Origin: an uncultured Desulfobacterales bacterium
Lineage (GTDB): Bacteria; Desulfobacterota; DSM-4660; Desulfatiglandales; HGW-15
Reading direction: 5' to 3'
Assembly (NCBI GenBank): GCA_964647905.1
Contig: CAZYJR010000006.1
Location: forward strand, 70,935 to 134,934
DNA length: 64,000 nucleotides
The position numbers and the translations under genes are program-made. The notes below the pieces were generated by a model. It saw nothing but the letters and a program-made list of their open reading frames with translations, was not told where the DNA came from and did no database searches. This document shows positions 40,042-46,527 of this stretch, piece after piece (positions within the stretch are counted from its first letter, which is position 1; each line of letters opens with the position of its first letter).

Positions 40042-40148
40042 CTCTTCAAAATCATGAAGAGTGGCGCGAGGGAACTGGCCCGATGACCGCCCGCCAACCT
40101 GCTCCGCAAGGTGGTAATGCCAGCCCTGCTTCAGGGATCCATGAGGTC
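40042..40148 (+). promoter_or_regulatory. SAM-I (S-box) riboswitch aptamer
   Basis: AUCAUG-AAGAGUGGCGCGAGGGAACUGGCCCGAUGACCGCCCGCCAACC-UGCUCCGCAA-GGUGGUAAUGCCAGCCCUGCUUCAGGGAUC-CAUGA matches the S-box core (AGAG.GG..GAGGGA.UGGCCCGAUGA..CC.GCAACC...GGUGCUAAUUCCAGC). P1 is UCAUG/CAUGA and P4 is CCCUG/CAGGG. Confidence 0.7.
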
Positions 40149-40176
40149 GGCAAATGGCAAACGGAAGCGCCTACAG

Positions 40177-40199
40177 ACCTCCCCATAGCGGGAGGTTTT
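40177..40199 (+). terminator. riboswitch expression-platform terminator
   Basis: ACCTCCC-CATAGC-GGGAGGT followed by TTT. An alternative antiterminator pairs GAGGTC (40143-40148, overlapping the P1 3' strand) with GACCTC (40176-40181). Confidence 0.55.
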
Positions 40200-40381
40200 C
40201 CTGTCTCTGGGGTAGAGCCCCCCCCCTTATAGACCTTCTCAGCATTCCCGGTTACCGCTGGGCTGAATCGAGGGCACCGCCCAATCCCTGGGCATGGACT
40301 CCGGAATCCGGCCGGAGGCAATGAGCATGCTCTCTCCAGCCCTCGCCAATCCGATAACGCTCGCAAAAAGGAGAAGGAAAA

Positions 40382-40801
40382 ATGTTTGATGAAGACCTGG
40401 ATCAAGAAGAGACGAGCTTTGCCTGTGACAGACTGAGCGACGACGTCCTCCAGGAGGAATACAACGAATGGCTCGAGCAGGCATCAGACGAGGAGATCGA
40501 GAAGATGGCCAATAAGGCGGCCGAGGCCCTGATCAGGCGCTTTCCCGAGCTCGGCGGCAATGATGATCGATCTCCGGGGGGTGTATCCGACGAGGATCCT
40601 CCTCCCTATCCTTCCGGAAACTCGGATACGGACGAGGAGCATCAGGAAGAGGACCCGCCGGCCGAGGCCCTTGATGACGACGAGTGGATTGCCTCGATCA
40701 CGGGGCATTTCAGTCTGACCGACACCTTGGCGAGCGATCTCCGCCAGGCCTTCCCCGGCCTCTCCGAGGAGGATCTGAAGAAGTATCTGGACGGCCTATA
40801 A
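40382..40801 (+). CDS. highly acidic hypothetical protein (139 aa)
   Basis: ATG preceded by AAGGAGAAGGAAAA. By hand count 42 of 139 residues are Asp/Glu versus 9 Lys/Arg. No recognisable catalytic motif. Confidence 0.5.
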   Translation: MFDEDLDQEETSFACDRLSDDVLQEEYNEWLEQASDEEIEKMANKAAEALIRRFPELGGNDDRSPGGVSDEDPPPYPSGNSDTDEEHQEEDPPAEALDDDEWIASITGHFSLTDTLASDLRQAFPGLSEEDLKKYLDGL

Positions 40802-41474
40802 TGGGGATCGTGAGGGTGTCCGCATCCTCTAATACGACCCTGAGTGCTTTGGCGCAACTGCTCCTGGCGTAGGGGACGCGGACGCCCTCTCCTATCCAAG
40901 CGGGGCGATTTCCCCTACAGGGTGGCCATCAAACCTTCACTGGGAGGCCGCTGCATCCCGGGAGGGGTGAGAGCTGCATGAGAGGCGATTCTCGGCAGAC
41001 GCTTCCATGGGAACAGGCTCGTTCGCCGGGGGGACAAGGGACGTTTCCATAGTATACTGGTTGCTCTTGTGATTGAATAATCCGGCTCGCAGCCAACTTG
41101 TAGCTTGATTTTGTGATTTTGGGAGGGTAGTATAGCCACCAAACTGCACTTTTTTCTGGGATTCAAATAGGCTTTTTGCCGTCTGTGCGAGGGAGCCATG
41201 TCCCGAGGCGCGCTCCAAGCCCCATTTCTCATGAGAGAGGTGGGGTTTTTGCTTTTGCGGCCTATATAAAGACATGGCGATTAGGTGAATGGTTGTAGGG
41301 TGAATATGCAATAGGGTGACTTGCCGGCATTCATCACGACTCATTGCTAAATTGGTTTGGGGGTTTCTGCCCGAATAACAAGTTTGTCGGCTTTGGGAAT
41401 TGGTTGTCCGAGTAATCTCCTTTCAAACGGAGTAATCAAGAAGCCACATATTTACTTGTTATCCGGGCTGTTCA

Positions 41475-41891
41475 CTACCCAGAATGACCAGGAAAGCTGG
41501 ATTCAAGTGCTTCTTTCGCTGCTTGCACTAAAAATGAGGATCGGGACATCCCGTGTTTTTTTGCCGCGGCATCGATCTGCTTCAGAGTCATTTCAGGCAG
41601 CGTAATATTCACACGTACCGTCCTAGGCTTTGCACCAGGGACCGAAACTACTAGATAGGCGGTCGCATCGGCATAATCTGAATCCGCCATGATATCTTCC
41701 AAGCGGGAGGGGGTTGGCAATTGCTCTCCATCCTCCAGCAAACCTTGAATATGAAGGGACAAGGCATCTTGCGCCATATCCTTGGCTTCGTCAATGTCCT
41801 TCCCGGCCGTGATGCACCCCTGAAAGTCGGGAAATGAGACACCGAAATCGGTCGCGTCCTCTTTGTGGACGACTGCAATAAAATTCGCCAT
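41475..41891 (-). CDS. hicB: HicB-family antitoxin (HicB N-domain plus C-terminal ribbon-helix-helix)
   Basis: MANFIAVVHKEDATDFGVSFPDFQGCITAGKDIDEA..ALSLHI.. is typical of HicB. C-terminal VRVNITLPEMTLKQIDAAAKKHGMSRSSFL is RHH-like. ATG 41891 is preceded by GAGGT. Confidence 0.8.
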   Translation of the reverse strand: MANFIAVVHKEDATDFGVSFPDFQGCITAGKDIDEAKDMAQDALSLHIQGLLEDGEQLPTPSRLEDIMADSDYADATAYLVVSVPGAKPRTVRVNITLPEMTLKQIDAAAKKHGMSRSSFLVQAAKEALESSFPGHSG

Positions 41892-41899
41892 GGCATACC

Positions 41900-42088
41900 T
41901 CAATTGAACTCGATCCCAGATTGGCGTTCTATGCTCTTGAGGGTGCCAACCGGGATATCCTTTTTCGGATGCGGGACCGTGACCCGCCCTTTTCGTTGAG
42001 CGTGGCTGAATTGAAGGTGGCTACCGGACTTAGCCACTTCTTGCCATCCATGCATTTTGAGCGCTTTGATGATCGTCCGGCTGTCCAT
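41900..42088 (-). CDS. hicA: HicA-family mRNA interferase toxin
   Basis: 62 aa. IKALKMHGWQEVAKSGSHLQFSH..GRVTVPHPKKDIPVGTLKSIERQSG matches the HicA/YcfA pattern. It lies directly upstream of hicB. Confidence 0.85.
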   Translation of the reverse strand: MDSRTIIKALKMHGWQEVAKSGSHLQFSHAQRKGRVTVPHPKKDIPVGTLKSIERQSGIEFN

Positions 42089-42090
42089 GG

Positions 42091-42125
42091 TGTGTATTGA
42101 TACACATTTCCCGTTGGTTTGTCAA
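42091..42125 (-). promoter_or_regulatory. possible hicAB promoter with overlapping palindromic operator
   Basis: Minus strand: TTGACA (42125-42120), a 17-nt spacer, then TATCAA (42102-42097). The 16-bp palindrome TGTGTAT-TG-ATACACA (42091-42106) overlaps the -10. The ATG is only about 8 nt downstream, implying a near-leaderless mRNA if this is real. Confidence 0.35.
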
Positions 42126-42306
42126 GCTGAAATGTATCGGATAACATGAGGCTCAAGCGGACGCTCCTTCATCGCGGCCCTCTAGCCTCTGAGTTGAGGT
42201 ATTGCTCTGCAATCCTTCTGATTTTGTTCCCCGCCGATTTTCGAGCTTACGATAAGGATTCTGCATAAAACTCTGCTGGTTTTTTCACCGTCGACATCGC
42301 GCATGA

Positions 42307-42837
42307 TTCCAAAGGCAATACCATATACTAACCAAGATTATCAGCAACGGCCAACCGGGAGCCGCCCGAGCGGCCGTTGACGCAGCCATCGAACTCGTCA
42401 CCCCCCACGAGGGCCGGACCCCCAAAGGGTACCCCGCCGAAGCCGGGCCCCTGGTGGAGCGATACAACCTGACTGAGGTGCCCACGAAGGACTATGCGGA
42501 TTGCACAAGGCAGAACATCCTCGATTCCGATGGTACCGTCATCTACTCGCACGGCGAACTCGGGGGCCAATCAAAGCTCACTGCGGACATGGCCACAGAA
42601 CTCAGGCGGCCCTTCCTTCATATCGACCTCCAGAAGGAGCTGATTGCCGGAGCCGCAAAGGTGCTCTCTGTGTGGACAGAACTCCACAAGATAGCGGTTC
42701 TCAATGTCACGGGACCCACGGCCAGCGAGGACCCTCAGATATACGAGAAGGTGAAAACCGTGATGGAGGTCGCCCTGGTGCTCTTAAGGGGGCAGAAGAG
42801 GTGGCAAGCAATGGAGTCAGGCCATCCTACTCACTGA
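42307..42837 (+). pseudogene. SLOG-fold YpsA-like ('putative molybdenum carrier') gene lacking a canonical start codon
   Basis: The frame is open from 42307. KIISNGQPGAARAAVDAAIELVTPHEGRTPKGYPAEAGPLVERYNLTEVPTKDY..DSDGTVIYS parallels the KIISGGQTGADRAALDAA..GGWCPKGR..Y.L.E family pattern. There is no ATG/GTG/TTG before the internal GTG 42454, and the GGQTGAD loop is degenerate (NGQPGAA). Confidence 0.45.
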
Positions 42838-42996
42838 CCTTATGAACTCGAAGAATCCCACCCATGGAGGATCCGGAAGGAGCAAAGTGGGGGGGCTGCT
42901 TAGTGTCTCATGGCCTCTTTGGGATGGACAAGAAGGCTCTGGAGACATTAAGGTGTCATCCGCATGTGAATATTTCGGGTCCATAAGGAGGGGGGT

Positions 42997-45900
42997 ATGT
43001 CTCTTCCCACGATATTTGATATATGCATGCCGCGACAGGACGTCCTCGACCATTCCTTCACAGAGGCTGACTTTGCCGCTGACTTGGCGGCAGTGCTGCG
43101 AGAAGACGGCCCCGAGGAGTATCGCGACCCGGCCAAGTTTTTCGCCCGCACCTATCCTACCGAGGGCCTCAAGACCTTGCTTCGCAGTGTCTGCTCCCGG
43201 CTGACCGGAGGTGGAGAGAGTATAGCGCCGATCTTCCGCCTGGACACAAACTACGGAGGCGGCAAGACTCACGCCTTGATCGCCCTTGCCCATGCTGCCA
43301 AAGGCATGCAGGGGGTGTCTAACGCCTCAGAGTTCATCGATCCGGCTAAGCTGCCTTCGGGGCCCGTCCGGGTGGCGTCCTTTGACGGCGAGAATGCCGA
43401 CCCTTACAACGGCAATCCGCTTGAGGGGGACCTAAGGGCATACACTCCTTGGGGAGAGATTGCCTATGCGCTTGCCGGCCGAGAGGGCTATGAGAGGGTC
43501 AGGAGGAGCGATGAGGCCAGGGGTGCTCCCGGGGCGGGGACCATCAAGGAGCTTTTCGGGAGCGAGCCCACACTGATTCTTTTGGATGAGCTCTCCGTCT
43601 ACCTGCGGAAGCTCAAGTCGAGCGACATCAGGAGGGATCAGCTCACCGCCTTCCTCACAAGCCTCTTCAAGGCGGTGGAAAGCTTTCCCAGGGCCGCGGT
43701 GGTTTACACCTTGGCCATCGGCAAGGGCGGGGTGGCCACGGATGCCTACCGCCAGGAGAACATGGAGATTGCCGACGCAATGGCCGAGGCGGAAAGCGTA
43801 TCGGCCCGAAAGGCCACCCTGCTTGACCCCACCGAGGAAGACGAGACGGTGAGAGTGCTCCAGCGCCGTCTTTTCGAGCAAGTGGATCAGACCAGAGTGG
43901 ATCAGGTGGTGGAGGCCTTCAAGCGGATATGGGGCCACAACAAGCCCCTGCTGCCCTCTGTCGGGGCGACCGATACGCGCATGGAGGACATGAAAGACGG
44001 CTTCCCCTTCCACCCGGAGCTCATCGCCACCCTCAGGAACAAGACCGCGACCTTGAGCAATTTCCAGCGCGTCCGAGGGATGTTGCGGATCCTGGGGCGC
44101 ACGGTGGGCCGCCTGTGGGCTAAGCGCCCGGGCAATACCTTTGCCATTCATCTTCACCACATTGATCCCGGGTTCGAGCCTATCCGCCAGGAGATCGTAA
44201 CCCGCCTGGGGCAGAGCCATCTCCTGCCTGCCCTGCGGGCCGACGTGGCAGCTGCCGAGGGTGAGCAGCCCTCCCTGGCCGAGCAGCTTGATGCTGACCA
44301 CTACGGCGGCCTTATGCCTTATGCCTCCATGGCGGCCCGCACCATCTTCTTTCACACGCTGGCTTTCAATGACCAGCTCAAGGGGGCCTCGCGAGAGGAG
44401 ATTCGATATTCCATAATCGGCCCGGAGCGCGACATCAGCTTCATTGATGATGCCACAACCCGCTTCATACAGCAGTCCGCTTATCTTGACGACCGGCCCA
44501 ATGTCCCTTTGCGCTTCCAGGCCGAGGCCAACCTGACGCAGATCATCAAGCGCCAGGAAGACAACGTGGACAAGACCGAGGTCCGGGCCCAGCTAAACGA
44601 CCGCATCCGGGATATCTACTGCGGCAAGGTGATCACCTTCAACCCTGTTTCCTTCCCCGGCGGCCCCTATGACGTACCCGATGACACCTCCCAGGGGCGT
44701 CCTTCCCTGGTGGTGATCGGGTATGACGCAGCAGACATATCGGGCCAGACCCTGGAGATCCCAGAGCTGGTGGAGCGCATCTACCGTCACCACGGCTCGG
44801 CCGGGGACATACGGATCAACCGCAACAACCTGGTCTTCCTCCTTGCCGACAGTGACCGAAAGGAACAAATGCGCCGGATGATGCGCCGCCACCTGGCCCT
44901 ACAAGACCTTCTGCGACGAGAGCGCCTGGAGGAACTGGCCGAGCACCAGCAGAACAAGATGCGCGAGTTGGCGAAGCGCTCTGAGCAGGAGCTGGCCCTG
45001 GCCATCCAACAGTGTTACCGCCACGTCCTCTACCCCTCCAAGAACCGGGTGGAGGGTGCAAGGGTGGATCTTGCCCATGCGGCCATAGAGGTCCACACAG
45101 CCTCTCAGACCCCGGGCGACGGGCAGAAGCATGTGATCCAGGTGCTGCGCGACAGTAAGAAGCTGCGCCTGCCGGAAGACGACCCAGACAGCCCGAGCTA
45201 CGTGCGAGACAAGACCCCCTTGAAGAAGGGAGGCCTCACCACCGCCGGGCTCAGGCGGGAGTTTTCCCGCGACCCGGCCTTGCCCATGCTGGTGGGAGAT
45301 GATGTCTTTTTGCGGGGATTGCGCCAGGGAATAGAACAGGGCACATACGTCTACCAGAGCGGCGATCTGATCTGGGCACAGGGGATGCCTCCTGTAGAGA
45401 TGAAGATTGACGAGAACTCCATGGTCTACACCTCTGAGTACTCCAGGGAGCATGGTATTTGGCCGAAGCCCGAGCCTCCTAAGCCCCCGCCCCCCTTTCC
45501 GGAGCCCGGTCCAGCTCCTGGTGCTGAGGAAAAGCCTGGTGTGAAACCCCCGGAGGCAGCCGAGGGAGGCGGTGGGCCTTTTCCCCCTCCTCAGCCCCCG
45601 CCAGTGGGCGATGTCTCGGCCGAAGGGCCGCTCAAGGAAGCCCTGTCCAGCCTGTGGGAAAAGGCGCGCAGCTCCAATATGGGGAACGTGGGGCTCCTCT
45701 CATTGCAGCTCTATGATCACTCGGACGGCTTCAAAGTCATGGTCCTGGCGAGCGGCATCCCCGGTGCCGCCAAGGTGGCCTCCATCAGGGGAGCGTATGA
45801 GACCACTGCCGGGGGTGAGCTCTCACTCGAGTTCAAAGGACCTGTTGACGATGCCCACCCCATAAAGGACTTCCTGGAGCCCCAGCTCAGGGCCGCCAAG

Positions 45901-46050
45901 GAGAAGGATTTCAAGGTGACCATCTCTATCGAATTCAACGACGGCCTGGACCTCTCCGGCGATGAGCCCGAGAAGCTCACAGATCGCTTGGGTAAATTCG
46001 GGAGTGGGGCGGCCTATGTCTCGGCCTCGGCCAAGGGAGGCGGGGCATGA
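42997..46050 (+). CDS. DUF499-type P-loop ATPase (BrxC/PglY-like), 1017 aa
   Basis: AAGGAGGGG SD. Walker A NYGGGKTH (43249-43272) and Walker B LILLDE (43573-43590). Long helical body, a Pro-rich linker (PKPEPPKPPPPFPEPGPAPG..PPPQPPP), and a C-terminal domain of about 150 aa. Confidence 0.85.
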   Translation: MSLPTIFDICMPRQDVLDHSFTEADFAADLAAVLREDGPEEYRDPAKFFARTYPTEGLKTLLRSVCSRLTGGGESIAPIFRLDTNYGGGKTHALIALAHAAKGMQGVSNASEFIDPAKLPSGPVRVASFDGENADPYNGNPLEGDLRAYTPWGEIAYALAGREGYERVRRSDEARGAPGAGTIKELFGSEPTLILLDELSVYLRKLKSSDIRRDQLTAFLTSLFKAVESFPRAAVVYTLAIGKGGVATDAYRQENMEIADAMAEAESVSARKATLLDPTEEDETVRVLQRRLFEQVDQTRVDQVVEAFKRIWGHNKPLLPSVGATDTRMEDMKDGFPFHPELIATLRNKTATLSNFQRVRGMLRILGRTVGRLWAKRPGNTFAIHLHHIDPGFEPIRQEIVTRLGQSHLLPALRADVAAAEGEQPSLAEQLDADHYGGLMPYASMAARTIFFHTLAFNDQLKGASREEIRYSIIGPERDISFIDDATTRFIQQSAYLDDRPNVPLRFQAEANLTQIIKRQEDNVDKTEVRAQLNDRIRDIYCGKVITFNPVSFPGGPYDVPDDTSQGRPSLVVIGYDAADISGQTLEIPELVERIYRHHGSAGDIRINRNNLVFLLADSDRKEQMRRMMRRHLALQDLLRRERLEELAEHQQNKMRELAKRSEQELALAIQQCYRHVLYPSKNRVEGARVDLAHAAIEVHTASQTPGDGQKHVIQVLRDSKKLRLPEDDPDSPSYVRDKTPLKKGGLTTAGLRREFSRDPALPMLVGDDVFLRGLRQGIEQGTYVYQSGDLIWAQGMPPVEMKIDENSMVYTSEYSREHGIWPKPEPPKPPPPFPEPGPAPGAEEKPGVKPPEAAEGGGGPFPPPQPPPVGDVSAEGPLKEALSSLWEKARSSNMGNVGLLSLQLYDHSDGFKVMVLASGIPGAAKVASIRGAYETTAGGELSLEFKGPVDDAHPIKDFLEPQLRAAKEKDFKVTISIEFNDGLDLSGDEPEKLTDRLGKFGSGAAYVSASAKGGGA

Positions 46051-46526
46051 GCCTGGTGGTAAAGCGGGAGCCTGGAACCGCTCCTGTCTACGAGCTCAGG
46101 GTGCGCCGGAACCCCTCGGTCGGTCTGGGCTTGGAGATATGGCAGCGACCCTCGCCCAACTCCCCTCAACTGAAAGAGCCTCTTTATATAGCGGGCCTCA
46201 AGGGGCGCAACCTTTCTCTCGTGGAGCATCGCGTCCTCAGGCAGCTCTCCAAGGCCGGCGTTGACCTGGGCGGGTTGCGGCTTAACCATCGCCGCACCTA
46301 TCCCCTGGATGAAGATCTGGCCCTTTCCCTGGGGCTGATGTTTCGTGCCCTGGCCCCCATGCGGAGCCGCGACAACATGCGCATGGTGGCCGAGGGTATA
46401 GAGGCCATGGGCCGCGAGGAGGCCGCATACTGGCTGGGGATGGCCATGCATCGCAAGTACCCGCGCCGAGTACTGATGGCCCTTAGGTTCCTGCTGATCG
46501 ACCCCAAACAGAAGAAACGGACTTGA
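46047..46526 (+). CDS. small basic protein of unknown function, translationally coupled within the operon
   Basis: 159 aa. Its ATG overlaps the upstream stop (ATGA), and its stop lies 1 nt before the next ATG. Arg/Lys-rich, with no catalytic motif recognised. Confidence 0.7.
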   Translation: MSLVVKREPGTAPVYELRVRRNPSVGLGLEIWQRPSPNSPQLKEPLYIAGLKGRNLSLVEHRVLRQLSKAGVDLGGLRLNHRRTYPLDEDLALSLGLMFRALAPMRSRDNMRMVAEGIEAMGREEAAYWLGMAMHRKYPRRVLMALRFLLIDPKQKKRT

Positions 46527-46527
46527 G

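Noticed and set aside
40937-41344. 135-aa minus-strand ORF (and overlapping 40915..41232) in the low-GC spacer between the acidic protein gene and hicB
   Set aside because: There is no SD, no recognisable motif, and the composition is odd. It could be a real orphan gene or a degraded one, but I cannot support a call.
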